A stretch of 64,000 nt of DNA from Acetivibrionales bacterium (GCA_050953835.1 JBMNNH010000017.1:11874-75873), one strand, 5' to 3'; positions 52,643-62,560 are shown, counted from the stretch's first letter. The notes: generated by a model not told the origin, from the sequence alone. A program made the numbers and translations.

Positions 52643-53590
52643 TTATTCTACCTCCTTTTCCTGAGTAGTAAGGTGAAGGAATATGTCTTCCAGTGTCATA
52701 TCAAGGGACTTCATCTCAATAATCGGATACCCGGCTTCTGCCATGGCAAAGAAGATGGGGCGCCTTACATCCACTTCCTTGTCACATTCAACTATATAAT
52801 TTATTACATCTTTGTCCTTTTTAATATTGGCTTCTATATATCTAACTCCGTATATATCCTTTATACGCCCTAAGACTGAGCTTTTGGGGCCTGCAATACT
52901 TAAGGAAAGCCTGGAAACCGACTCGAAAACCTTTGAAAGGTTTTCCGGTGTATCTATAGCAGCTATTTCACCTTTATTAATTATAACCACTCTCTCACAT
53001 ACAGCACTTACTTCCGGCAGAATGTGTGAACTGAGTATTATTGTATGCTCCTTTCCAAGAGCTTTTATCAGGTTCCTTATTTCTATTATCTGTTTGGGGT
53101 CAAGACCTACAGTAGGCTCGTCCAATATAAGAACTTCAGGGTTCCCTATAAGGGCTTGTGCAAGGCCGACTCTCTGTTTGTAACCCTTTGAGAGGTTTTT
53201 TATCAGCCTGTCACGGTGGTCGCCAATTTTGACAAGCTCCATTATATCAGTAATCTGGGCCTTTCTTTGTTTTCTGTCAACCATTTTCAGATCACTGACA
53301 AACTTCAAATATTCAATCACTGTCATATCCATATATACGGGCGGTAATTCCGGCAGATAGCCTACACGCTTCTTTACTTCTATAGGCTCGTCCATAATAT
53401 CATACCCGCATACCTTTACTGTTCCTTCACTTGAAGGAATGTAACCAGTTATTATATTCATCGTTGTTGATTTCCCTGCTCCATTTGGGCCGAGAAAGCC
53501 AAGAATTTCGCCTTTTTCCACAGTAAAATTAAGGTTGCTGACAGCCTTAATATGACCGTAGAGTTTGGTCAAATTCTGAATTTCTATCAT
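52643..53590 (-). CDS. ABC transporter ATP-binding protein (GldA-like)
   Basis: Walker A GPNGAGKST, signature LSKGYKQR and Walker B LILDEP. Confidence 0.9.
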   Translation of the reverse strand: MIEIQNLTKLYGHIKAVSNLNFTVEKGEILGFLGPNGAGKSTTMNIITGYIPSSEGTVKVCGYDIMDEPIEVKKRVGYLPELPPVYMDMTVIEYLKFVSDLKMVDRKQRKAQITDIMELVKIGDHRDRLIKNLSKGYKQRVGLAQALIGNPEVLILDEPTVGLDPKQIIEIRNLIKALGKEHTIILSSHILPEVSAVCERVVIINKGEIAAIDTPENLSKVFESVSRLSLSIAGPKSSVLGRIKDIYGVRYIEANIKKDKDVINYIVECDKEVDVRRPIFFAMAEAGYPIIEMKSLDMTLEDIFLHLTTQEKEVE

Positions 53591-53715
53591 TATATTCCCC
53601 CCTGTATTGTAAAGTGATCCTGCCCTTTCAAGTATACCCTTAATGATTATACACCAATTTTATTATTATTAATACTTTTTAATAAATTATGAACAATTTG
53701 TAAATTCCCGTCCTA

Positions 53716-56439
53716 TCATCTCCTTCTGCGCCAGAAAAAACTGGTACCAACAGGGCCAAGGGCAGAAAATCCGCTTATTAAAGCCCATTCGTTTATTGAC
53801 AGTGGAGCTGTCTTAAATACAGGCTGCATAAATGGCAGGTAAACTGCTGATAATATCATTATAATAGAACACATTACTGCCGTCACAAGGTATATATTAC
53901 TAAATATATTAATTTCAAAAATATTCTTCCGTTCTGACTTGCATTCAAAAACATGTATAAGCTGTGTCATAACCAAGGTAACAAAAGCACCCGTCCTTGC
54001 CATGGTGATATCCCCTGAAAAGTGCAGGATACTTATGAACACAGCCAGGGTGCTTATGCTCAATAAAACTCCCCTGAAAACAATCAGGCCTGCCAATCCG
54101 TTTGAAAAGATGCTTTCCTTTGAACTTCTGGGGGGCCTCATCATAATATCCTTTTCCGCAGGCTCAAGTCCGAGGGCAATAGCAGGCAGGCCGTCAGTAA
54201 CCAGGTTTACCCATAAAATCTGTATTGGGAGAAGCGGTATTGGCAAGCCAACCAGCATACCCAGAAACATAGTCAGTACTTCACCAATATTGCATGCCAG
54301 AAGATACCTGATGAATTTTCTTATATTGCTGTAAATCACTCTTCCTTCCTCAATAGCACCAACTATTGTTGCAAAATTGTCATCCATTAGTATCATTGAC
54401 GAAGCTTCTTTTGTTACATCCGTCCCTGTTATACCCATGGAGACACCTATATCAGCCTCTTTGACAGCTGGGGCATCATTAACCCCGTCACCTGTCATCG
54501 CTACAATATGACCAAGCTTTTTTAATACTCTTACTATGGCTAATTTATGTTTCGGGGATACCCTGGCATAAACCGATACTTTTTGGGCTACACCGGCAAG
54601 TTTTGTTTCATCCATTTTATCCAGTTCCATGCCTGTTAGCACCATGTCCCCTTTCTGGTATATATCCAGCTCTTTTGCTATGGCAGAGGCGGTAATCTTG
54701 TGATCTCCCGTTATCATCACCGGCTTTATTCCTGCCATTATGCATTTACGCACAGCATCCTTCACTTCTTTTCTTGGAGGGTCAATCATGCCTATCAGGC
54801 CAACAAATGTTAAGCCTTCTTCCAGTCCTTCCTTATTATTGATCCCGGATTCAAGTTTTTTACAGGCGAACCCCAGCACTCTTAAAGCATCTCCCGCCAT
54901 ACTGTCATTGGCTTTCATTATGCTTCTTCTAAAGGCCGGGTTAATGTTGTCTATTCCTTCCGAACCGTATATTTTCACGCACTTGTTTATGATTACATCA
55001 GGAGCCCCTTTTGTAAATACATAAGTATCCCCCCTGTTGTTATTACAAATAACCGACATACATTTCCTGTCTGAATCAAAAGGTATTTCGTCTATCCTGG
55101 AATATAAGCCGTTAAGCACGTTTTCTTCCAGGCCTGCCTTGGCTGCCGCTATCAGAAGTGCTCCTTCGGTGGGGTCACCATTTATTTCATATCTTGTATT
55201 GCCTGAAGCCTTTTTTCTCATCCTGCCAAAGATACTCTTTGTTTCTCCGGCAGCAGCTGATATCACTGCATTGTTGCACACTGCCCCTATTTCCAGTGCA
55301 AGCCTTACAGCACTTATCTTCAAAGGGTTTATCCGCCTCTGCCCGCTGGTGAAACTCCCCTGTATACTGTTGCTGCCACCTTCAACTTCAACCATTCTTT
55401 CTGCGGCATATATCTTTCTAACAGTCATTCTGTTTTCAGTCAATGTCCCCGTTTTATCCGAGCATATTATACTTGCACAACCAAGGGTTTCAACAGCAGG
55501 AAGCTTCCTTATCAGCGCATTCCTTCTAATCATCCTTTGCACTCCCAGAGCAAGCGCTATGGTTACAATGGCAGGTAAACCTTCAGGTATTGCAGCCACA
55601 GCAAGACTTATACCTGCCAGCAGCATTGTAAATAACTCTTCACCCCTCAGAATACCGGTTACCGTGACAATGCCGCATATAGCAAGGCATCCGTATACAA
55701 TGTATTTACCAAGATGGTCCAGCCTCTTCTGAAGTGGTGTCTGCTCATCATCAATACTCTGTATCATATCAGCTATCCGTCCCATTTCGGTCAACATACC
55801 AGTACTGTTGACAATAGCCTTACCCTTTCCATTTGTCACAATTGTTCCCATATAAATGGAATGCTTATGTGTCCCTGACTTTGAATCCTTTCCGTCTATA
55901 TCTGCAGCTTTTTCAACTGGAACTGATTCCCCGGTCAGCAGGGATTCATCCACCTGCAAGCCGTTTGACTCTATAAGGATAGAATCAGCAGGCACTCTGT
56001 CCCCAGCCTCAAGCAAAATCAGGTCTCCGGGAACAACTTCCGAAGCAGGTACTTCTTTATACTTCCCATCCCTTATTACTTTGGCCGTAGGGGCGGCCAG
56101 TTCCTTTAAGGCCTCCATTGTTCTTTCTGTCCTGTATTCCTGGATGAACCCAAGTATACCGTTGACTATTACTATCGAAATGATTGCTGCAGCCTCTGTC
56201 ACCTCACCCATTACAATAGATATTACCGTTGAAGCCAGAAGGATTAATATCATAAAATCTGTGAATTGCTCCAAAAGTATTTTAATTGGTGGCACTTTCC
56301 TTATGTTTGATATAAGGTTCAGTCCATATTTTTCAAGTCTTCTCCGTACTTCATTTTCACTTAATCCTGTTTCGTGTTTGCTGGTTCCTTGATTTCTGCT
56401 TCCTATAGTTTTTTTATCTATGGATTGTAATAACCCCAA
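53716..56439 (-). CDS. P-type Ca2+-transporting ATPase (P2A/P2B type)
   Basis: DKTGTLT phosphorylation motif, TGDGVNDAPA and TGES. 907 aa with 10 TM helices. TTG start after GGAGTGA. Confidence 0.9.
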   Translation of the reverse strand: MGLLQSIDKKTIGSRNQGTSKHETGLSENEVRRRLEKYGLNLISNIRKVPPIKILLEQFTDFMILILLASTVISIVMGEVTEAAAIISIVIVNGILGFIQEYRTERTMEALKELAAPTAKVIRDGKYKEVPASEVVPGDLILLEAGDRVPADSILIESNGLQVDESLLTGESVPVEKAADIDGKDSKSGTHKHSIYMGTIVTNGKGKAIVNSTGMLTEMGRIADMIQSIDDEQTPLQKRLDHLGKYIVYGCLAICGIVTVTGILRGEELFTMLLAGISLAVAAIPEGLPAIVTIALALGVQRMIRRNALIRKLPAVETLGCASIICSDKTGTLTENRMTVRKIYAAERMVEVEGGSNSIQGSFTSGQRRINPLKISAVRLALEIGAVCNNAVISAAAGETKSIFGRMRKKASGNTRYEINGDPTEGALLIAAAKAGLEENVLNGLYSRIDEIPFDSDRKCMSVICNNNRGDTYVFTKGAPDVIINKCVKIYGSEGIDNINPAFRRSIMKANDSMAGDALRVLGFACKKLESGINNKEGLEEGLTFVGLIGMIDPPRKEVKDAVRKCIMAGIKPVMITGDHKITASAIAKELDIYQKGDMVLTGMELDKMDETKLAGVAQKVSVYARVSPKHKLAIVRVLKKLGHIVAMTGDGVNDAPAVKEADIGVSMGITGTDVTKEASSMILMDDNFATIVGAIEEGRVIYSNIRKFIRYLLACNIGEVLTMFLGMLVGLPIPLLPIQILWVNLVTDGLPAIALGLEPAEKDIMMRPPRSSKESIFSNGLAGLIVFRGVLLSISTLAVFISILHFSGDITMARTGAFVTLVMTQLIHVFECKSERKNIFEINIFSNIYLVTAVMCSIIMILSAVYLPFMQPVFKTAPLSINEWALISGFSALGPVGTSFFWRRRR

Positions 56440-56586
56440 TACATATCACTCCTCTCTTCTCCACGTCCTATTCATATTCAAAAAATGGACACTTTAGACC
56501 TTGCGCTTTTATGATTAACATATAGAACTGAATCTTCATATAATGTAAAAGCGTTTTATTCTAATTCATCAGAGGAGAATACCGGA

Positions 56587-57243
56587 ATGATATTCTACAT
56601 AATCATACTTGCAATATCATTGAGCATTGATGCCCTTGGTGCCGGGATAATTTACGGAATGAGGAATATAAAAATACCTTTCATATCTGAGATTACCATA
56701 TGTGTTTTTTCCATTGTATACACCAGTATCGCACTAATTGCAGGCAAATCCCTGTATAATGCCCTGTCTCCGCTAATATCCAGGGCAATAGGGGTTATAA
56801 TCCTGACAGCCATGGGAATATGGATAGTGGTACAATCATTGTTAAAGGAAGATATCAATAACAGAAAAAGCAGGGCAAAGGCAGCTAAAGACAGGGAGAC
56901 TCTTTTCAAACTGGTTATAAAGTCCCTGGGTATAACCATACAGGTCATTAAAAACCCTGCCCGGGGTGATATAGACAAATCAGGAATAATTGATATAAAA
57001 GAATCTCTGCTCCTTGGCCTGGCATTGTCTGTTGATGCAATCGGAGTTGGAATAGGAAGTGTGCTCGCAGGCTTCCGGTCAGCATTACTTCCCTTAATGG
57101 TTGGCCTTTTTCAGCTAATATTCCTTTATTCAGGTGCTTGCCTTGGAAAAAAGTTTTCATCAGTGGGCAAGGCCAACCGGAAGGCACTGTCACTGCTGCC
57201 TGGATTTATCTTGATTTTTCTTGCAATACTAAGACTCTTTTGA
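56587..57243 (+). CDS. ytaF: Sporulation membrane protein YtaF (MntP/DUF204 superfamily)
   Basis: Duplicated SIDALGAG / SVDAIGVG motifs separated by a charged loop. RBS GAGGAGAA. Confidence 0.7.
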   Translation: MIFYIIILAISLSIDALGAGIIYGMRNIKIPFISEITICVFSIVYTSIALIAGKSLYNALSPLISRAIGVIILTAMGIWIVVQSLLKEDINNRKSRAKAAKDRETLFKLVIKSLGITIQVIKNPARGDIDKSGIIDIKESLLLGLALSVDAIGVGIGSVLAGFRSALLPLMVGLFQLIFLYSGACLGKKFSSVGKANRKALSLLPGFILIFLAILRLF

Positions 57244-57272
57244 AATAAGGTGCGCAGTAACAGGAAAAAGCA

Positions 57273-58730
57273 CTACTCAACACCAAGCACCCTTATGTTT
57301 TCAACAAAGGGATCTACCGTACCCTGTAGTTCACACTTCTGTTCTTTTAGAAGCTTAATATAATCTATAACATCTTTGGTAATCCGCTCTCCCATACAGA
57401 TAACCGGAATTCCCGGCGGATATGCCATTACCATCTCCCCGGCTATCTCTCCTTCCGAATGATCCAGCGGTATAGTTTTCTTTGGACTGTAGAAAGCATC
57501 TCTTGGTGTAACTATCATCTTAGGATGCTCCAAAACAGGGGTAGCATTTTTCAGTTCTATCCTGTCAGATTTTAAAGCTATATCTTTTAAAGCATTTATC
57601 AAAGCTTCAAGGTTTTCCTTTGTATCTCCTATGCTAACTATTGCAAGTATATTGTACAGGTCTGACAACTCAATTTGAATGTTGTATTCCTTCCTGAGCT
57701 TAGCTTCCATCTGATATCCTGTATATCCAAGTCCTCTCACATTTATTCCCAACTTTGTCTCATCAAAGTCATAACATCCAGGAGTCCCAATAAGTTCCTT
57801 ACTAAAAGCATATAACCCGTCAATTTTATTAATTTCATCCCTTGCCCATCTTACAAGCTGAAGTGTACCCTCCAGCATGTCACTCCCCCTGGTTGCAAGC
57901 TGTTTCCTTGCAATATCCAACGAACACATTAGAAGATACGATGCACTGGTTGTAAAACTGAGGCTTAATACTTCCTTAACCTTTTCAGGTAAAATCAGAT
58001 TGCTTCTTAATAGAAGCACAGAACTTTGTGTTAAAGATCCTGATGTTTTATGCATGCTTGCTGCACTCATGTCTGCTCCCACTTCCATAGCAGTGAGCGG
58101 GAAATCATCGTGGAAGGACATATGCGCGCCATGCGCTTCGTCCACAATAACAGCCATATCATGTACGTGGGCTATTCTAACAATAGACTTCAGATCAGAA
58201 GCTACACCGTAGTACGTAGGATTGATTAAAAAAACCGCCTTAGCATGGGGATGATCCTTTATTGTCTTTTTAAAACTTTCTACTGTAATCCCCATTGCAA
58301 TACCCAGATTTCCATTAATCTCAGGTTGGATATACACAGGCATTGCACCGCTCAGTATTATTCCGCCTATGGTTGATTTATGGGCATTCCTTGGAATAAT
58401 TATTTGTTCGCCCGGCTGACAGGCACTCATCATCATCGCCTGTACACCTGCAGTAGTCCCATTTACCAGGAAATAGGCCTCCTCTGCTCCAAATGCTTTT
58501 GCCATTAGCTTTTGGGACTCGCTGATAACACCTGTCGGGCTGTTTGCATAATCCAGATCCTCCATGCCGTTGGCATCCATCTGCAGCGCTCGTTCGCCTA
58601 TGTATTCCCTCAACTCGTCGATACCCCTCCCCTGTTTATGTCCCGGGACATGAAAGGGTATAACATTGCTGTCTATGTATTTCTTCACCGCATCAAACAG
58701 CGGCGTTCTCATTTGGTCAATTTTGCTCAA
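57273..58730 (-). CDS. Orn/Lys/Arg decarboxylase family PLP enzyme
   Basis: PLP-lysine motif SMHKTSGSLTQSS and the HVPGHKQG N-terminus. TTG start after AAGGGAGG. Confidence 0.85.
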   Translation of the reverse strand: MSKIDQMRTPLFDAVKKYIDSNVIPFHVPGHKQGRGIDELREYIGERALQMDANGMEDLDYANSPTGVISESQKLMAKAFGAEEAYFLVNGTTAGVQAMMMSACQPGEQIIIPRNAHKSTIGGIILSGAMPVYIQPEINGNLGIAMGITVESFKKTIKDHPHAKAVFLINPTYYGVASDLKSIVRIAHVHDMAVIVDEAHGAHMSFHDDFPLTAMEVGADMSAASMHKTSGSLTQSSVLLLRSNLILPEKVKEVLSLSFTTSASYLLMCSLDIARKQLATRGSDMLEGTLQLVRWARDEINKIDGLYAFSKELIGTPGCYDFDETKLGINVRGLGYTGYQMEAKLRKEYNIQIELSDLYNILAIVSIGDTKENLEALINALKDIALKSDRIELKNATPVLEHPKMIVTPRDAFYSPKKTIPLDHSEGEIAGEMVMAYPPGIPVICMGERITKDVIDYIKLLKEQKCELQGTVDPFVENIRVLGVE

Positions 58731-58778
58731 TAAGGCAGCCTCCCTTAAAAAATAAGTCGCATTATTTTAATATATTGC

Positions 58779-58807
58779 ATTATAGGGAAACTCCCTTCAA
58801 ATGTCAA
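58779..58807 (-). promoter_or_regulatory. Consensus sigma-A promoter for the decarboxylase gene (TTGACA-17-TATAAT)
   Basis: On the minus strand, -35 lies at 58802-58807 and -10 at 58779-58784, both perfect hexamers with a 17 nt spacer. Confidence 0.6.
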
Positions 58808-58818
58808 TTGTTTTCTTA

Positions 58819-59478
58819 CTACTCTTCACTAACCTCTATTACACCTTCCACTCCATGTAATTCATTAATAACAATGTTTTTCTTTGAATTCTGCATTTTT
58901 AATACAAATTTTACTAAAAGGCTTTCCTCTGTTTTATCATTAGCAAACTCGATAGTCCTTATTTTAATACCATACTTTTCAAATATACTGCTCAGTGCGC
59001 CTATCTGCCCTTCCCGGTTAACTGATTTTATATAAATAACTTTCCATCGTTTATTCCTTCCTAAATAAGATTCTATCTTCTTAAGAACAATTAATGTGAT
59101 TATAATAATACCTGCGGCACATACAGCCCCTGAATAAAAACCGATTCCTGCTGCAAGGCCGACACAGGCGACAGCCCACAAACTGGCTGCCGTTGTCAAT
59201 CCTCTTACATTGATGCCCTCACGAATTATTGTTCCTGCTCCCAGAAATCCGATTCCGCTTATCACTTGTGCTCCTAACCTTGCGGGATCAATATTGTTCT
59301 GTGGGTATGTCCTGAAAATATAGTCCGAGGTTATCATAGCAACAGCAGCCCCAACACAAACAAGTATGTGGGTTCTGAAACCTGCAGGCCTGTTTGTTTG
59401 TTCCCTCTCATATCCAATAATCCCTCCAAGAACAGCGGCAAGCAGTAATCTAATTAGTATAGTCACATAAAAATTCAT
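58819..59478 (-). CDS. MgtC/SapB family membrane protein with C-terminal ACT-like domain
   Basis: GGIIGYEREQTNRPAGFRTHILV motif. Start at MNFYVTIL after GGAGGGGAAAA. Confidence 0.8.
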   Translation of the reverse strand: MNFYVTILIRLLLAAVLGGIIGYEREQTNRPAGFRTHILVCVGAAVAMITSDYIFRTYPQNNIDPARLGAQVISGIGFLGAGTIIREGINVRGLTTAASLWAVACVGLAAGIGFYSGAVCAAGIIIITLIVLKKIESYLGRNKRWKVIYIKSVNREGQIGALSSIFEKYGIKIRTIEFANDKTEESLLVKFVLKMQNSKKNIVINELHGVEGVIEVSEE

Positions 59479-59505
59479 TTTTCCCCTCCAGCATAAATAC
59501 AAATT

Positions 59506-61317
59506 TTAATTATTATATTCATATTTGTAAGCCACTATGCTGCTGTTCTCTTTCTTCCACGAATGGTAGGTATCAATTTCCTTCAAATTCTTTTCCAGTA
59601 CCTTCCACACCTGCTGTTCTTCGTTCCCTCTTGCCCATGCGGCTGTACCTGCCAATTTGTACTTATGGACCAGTGATGATTTTAAGTTTATCGAATTCTC
59701 ATCCTCCAACCACATTTTATACATAGATCCTTCCTTTTCAAACTCTGTGTAAAATTGCCCGCTTTCTTCATCCCATACCACATTTGCATTGTTCTCCTGA
59801 ATTATCCTCCTTGCACCTCCCATCGAAAGTGCCGAAGGATTTGATACCACAATATTACCATTTTCATCAGGCCTTTCAACCCATAACCGGATATAAAAGG
59901 GCAGACCCAGAAGAAGCTTTTCCGCAGGAACCATTTCCAGTATTCTTTTAACCTTTGCTTCAACCCAAGAAAGTTGAGCTACCGACCCTGCTTTAGGGCT
60001 AGTACTCCAGTGCTGGTCATAAGTCATTACGGCTATATAATCCACAGCTTCACCAAGAGCCTTAAAGTCATAGCACCTGGAATAATTGTTGCTGCCATCA
60101 GGAACTCCTACATCCATTGACACCACCATGCCCTGTTCTTTAAAAAAAGGGGTAATTTCTCTGACAAATTGGGTTAAAGCATCCCTGTCCTCCAAATTGA
60201 TATTTTCAAAATCGATGTTAATTCCATCCAGCTTATAAAGAGCAGCATAGGCAAGTGTTTCTTTTATTATGTTATCCCTTGCATCGGTATTATTGAGTAT
60301 TTTATGGGTCAGCTCAGGATTTCCAAAATCATTGCTTAAAAGAGCCCACACCTTATAACCGTTACTGTGAGCCCATTCAACATATCTGGCATCTGCCCTG
60401 TTTAACACTTTTCCATTTTCATTAATAATCTGAAACCATGTAGGCGATATAACGTCCAGTCCGTTCATTTTGCCTATACTTGCCAAGTCAGGCCTGCCTG
60501 AATACATCATATCCCATACAAGGTTAATTTTTCCCTTGTCCGGCCTCCATGCCCTATCACTTTCAGCTTGCTCGAAAGGGACACTGTTATCGGTTACCCA
60601 CCTTACTACAACAAACTTCTTTTCAATGAAGCCTATTATGCCTTCACTTGTCCTGACTTTCAACCATTTATCGTATTCTTCAAAAACCCTCAGTGTCCTG
60701 TCTTCTTCCTCATTATTCAACTTTTTTAAAACAGGGTGTTTTATTGAGCGGCCTGTTCTTATTACAGCCTTGTCAGATATAGGCTCTGCTGTCTGCTTCA
60801 TCCTGTTTTTGTAATCGATTATTATTACATTATTATCCTCTAAATATGATATTTCTATATTATAAAAATCGCTTAAAAATTCAATAGGGATATAAACCAG
60901 GTTGTCTTGTTCAAATGCAGGGATATTTAACCTCACAGGCTCATTATTCACAAGTGCCTCAAGTTTATCCGTTTTCATCCTGATAACCCTGTCTTTGGTT
61001 GTAACTGTTATTTTTTTAAGCTCGTCATCCCAGTATATATATGGGTCGAAATATTTTTTTACCAAATCCACAGGCAAAAGTATCTCGCCATCTTCTATCC
61101 TGGCTCCATGTCCGGAGTCCGCATACACCCCTTCAATGACAAGATTCAGTTCCCCTTCGCTGAATGCAGGAACAACTGTTTCATTTGGCATAAGTAGATA
61201 TCGGTAGGCCGCATACCCCATTGCCCCCACAGTGAATAATATAAACAATACTAAAAAAACAATCAATATGCCCCTCTTCAATTTCTGCCTCCATACTAGA
61301 ATTTCTCTCTTTTCCAT
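59506..61317 (-). CDS. GH18 glycosyl hydrolase (YaaH/YdhD spore peptidoglycan hydrolase-like) with Cu-amine-oxidase-N-like stalk and SH3 domain
   Basis: GH18 catalytic motif LDGINIDFE. The N-terminus has a TM helix, a stalk domain and an SH3-like block (WLKVRTSEGIIGFIEKKFV). Confidence 0.75.
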   Translation of the reverse strand: MEKREILVWRQKLKRGILIVFLVLFILFTVGAMGYAAYRYLLMPNETVVPAFSEGELNLVIEGVYADSGHGARIEDGEILLPVDLVKKYFDPYIYWDDELKKITVTTKDRVIRMKTDKLEALVNNEPVRLNIPAFEQDNLVYIPIEFLSDFYNIEISYLEDNNVIIIDYKNRMKQTAEPISDKAVIRTGRSIKHPVLKKLNNEEEDRTLRVFEEYDKWLKVRTSEGIIGFIEKKFVVVRWVTDNSVPFEQAESDRAWRPDKGKINLVWDMMYSGRPDLASIGKMNGLDVISPTWFQIINENGKVLNRADARYVEWAHSNGYKVWALLSNDFGNPELTHKILNNTDARDNIIKETLAYAALYKLDGINIDFENINLEDRDALTQFVREITPFFKEQGMVVSMDVGVPDGSNNYSRCYDFKALGEAVDYIAVMTYDQHWSTSPKAGSVAQLSWVEAKVKRILEMVPAEKLLLGLPFYIRLWVERPDENGNIVVSNPSALSMGGARRIIQENNANVVWDEESGQFYTEFEKEGSMYKMWLEDENSINLKSSLVHKYKLAGTAAWARGNEEQQVWKVLEKNLKEIDTYHSWKKENSSIVAYKYEYNN

Positions 61318-61405
61318 ATTATACTATGTTATTCGCCATAAAATCTTAAAAATTTATGAAAATTTAACATAAAGCCTTAAAAATTTATAACAATTAATAA
61401 ATAAG

Positions 61406-61610
61406 GCATATTTTCTACGTATGACATTTATTGAGTAATGAGCATTGTGGAGAGGCTGTAAATTCAACCTTCTTATTAAATTTGATATTATTCTGCGAGT
61501 TTTATTTGACATTAAGGCTGAACACTACAGGCTCTTAAGCCTGAAGCATCCGTTCCTGGAAGCATTTTCTTCATATAATGTATATGTACACTCATTAATC
61601 AGCCTCTTAG
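61406..61610 (+). repeat. Dispersed intergenic repeat, copy C (composite: blocks 1-2 forward, block 2/3 inverted about 130 nt downstream)
   Basis: CATATTTTCTACGTATGAC (61407-61425) and ATTGTGGAGAGGCTG (61444-61458). The inverted CTCATTAATCAGCCTCT at 61591-61607 is the reverse complement of AGAGGCTGATTAATGAG. Confidence 0.6.
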
Positions 61611-61629
61611 ACTCGGAACATCAGTACAT

Positions 61630-61690
61630 GGAATAATGTGGGGTCATGTAGAGAATTTACTATTTAACGGAATAATATGGGGTCATACAT
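61630..61690. repeat. Two direct copies, 39 nt apart, of GGAATAATRTGGGGTCATRYA (inverted block-1 module)
   Basis: GGAATAATGTGGGGTCATGTA at 61630-61650 and GGAATAATATGGGGTCATACAT at 61669-61690. Confidence 0.75.
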
Positions 61691-61710
61691 AAAATATGAG
61701 CCCCTTTTTA
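61679..61710. terminator. Hairpin GGGGTCATA-N7-TATGAGCCCC with T-run on plus and A-run on minus (bidirectional terminator)
   Basis: Direct reading. It lies 20 nt downstream of the minus-strand gene ending at 61731. The TTTTT tract is on the plus strand. Confidence 0.5.
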
Positions 61711-61730
61711 TCCAAATTTTACACAGCTTT

Positions 61731-62237
61731 CTATTCGAATACTTTTCTTGGAATAAAAGTTTTAAAAGACCTGATCATCCTCTCATCCGGCTCAAAGAAA
61801 ACCGCTGTCCTTTCCCCCTTATAGTTTAGCGTCACAAAAAATATATCTTCGGAATCCATTGAACTTACTGCTTCAATACGCTTTACTATATTGCCCAGCT
61901 GGCCGGCTTTATCCCTGTTGGTTTTTAACCTGGCCACAATCTCAAAATCCTTGCAATTGGCGCTGAATATCCTTTTCCTTTTCCTCCGGGCAATAATGGT
62001 ATCAATGTCTAGATCGCCATTAGTTACGGCATACTCATATTCAATACTTCTTGACGTAATCAACCTGTAATCAATGTATATCAGCCCTACTGCAATAATA
62101 GGTGTAAAAGTATTAACTAAAGGTATTCTGGTAACAACAGGTATTAGAATAATTGTTGCTAAAACCAAACCGGCTGCTATTAAAAAATCCTTTACAGTCC
62201 TTCTTTTTGCGACAATTTTTTCGATAAATGTGTCCAC
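61731..62237 (-). CDS. Hypothetical two-TM membrane protein (168 aa)
   Basis: GTG start 7 nt after GGGAGGA. Two TM helices, then a soluble basic domain. No family recognised with confidence. Confidence 0.55.
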   Translation of the reverse strand: MDTFIEKIVAKRRTVKDFLIAAGLVLATIILIPVVTRIPLVNTFTPIIAVGLIYIDYRLITSRSIEYEYAVTNGDLDIDTIIARRKRKRIFSANCKDFEIVARLKTNRDKAGQLGNIVKRIEAVSSMDSEDIFFVTLNYKGERTAVFFEPDERMIRSFKTFIPRKVFE

Positions 62238-62401
62238 TTATGTATCCTCCCATACTTTTCCGATACTTGGTTCATTGCCCTTCCATTAATTCTACCATAT
62301 AGGTGCTGCCTGAGCAAATAGTACTTAAGCGAGCCAAGTCAAATATAGCCTGTTTGAGACGAACCGGCTGCGGACATCTGTACCTCCATGCCTGATAAGT
62401 A

Positions 62402-62441
62402 TAAAAAATCCAGAGAATAACTTTTTATGGTCATCCTCTGG
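62402..62441 (-). terminator. Second, weaker terminator-like hairpin downstream of groEL (CCAGAG-N20-CTCTGG + TTTTTT)
   Basis: 6 bp stem with a large loop and a clear T-run on the minus strand. Confidence 0.3.
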
Positions 62442-62495
62442 AAATCATCAATACTTTATTTTACTTGAGCCCCACCCCAACAATTGACGTAGAGC

Positions 62496-62532
62496 CAAAA
62501 AAATGCCGTGTGGACAAACTCCACACAGCATT
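62496..62532 (-). terminator. Rho-independent terminator of groEL
   Basis: ATGCTGTGTGGA-GTTTG-TCCACACGGCAT followed by TTTTTTT on the minus strand, 30 nt after the groEL stop. Confidence 0.8.
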
Positions 62533-62560
62533 TTACTCATCAAACATATTTCAGTGGACC

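Noticed and set aside
56440-56586. Possible yybP-ykoY (Mn2+) riboswitch upstream of the MntP-superfamily ytaF gene. Also an M-box upstream of the MgtC gene.
   Set aside because: No conserved GGGGAGUAG-type core or four-way junction is discernible. The MgtC gene starts only 27 nt after the GH18 gene, leaving no room for a riboswitch.
61445-61636. 63 aa plus-strand ORF (TTG start) running through repeat copy C
   Set aside because: It has no RBS. The equivalent register in copies A and B is interrupted by stop codons, so the repeat is not conserved as coding sequence.
62290-62400. GGTGCTGCC... segment in the groEL-downstream spacer considered as an SRP/4.5S-like or other housekeeping RNA
   Set aside because: It lacks the conserved SRP domain IV sequence and shows no convincing long-range pairing. 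The region is better explained as a promoter (TTGCTC-17-TAGAAT) and 5' UTR of the gene starting at 62237.
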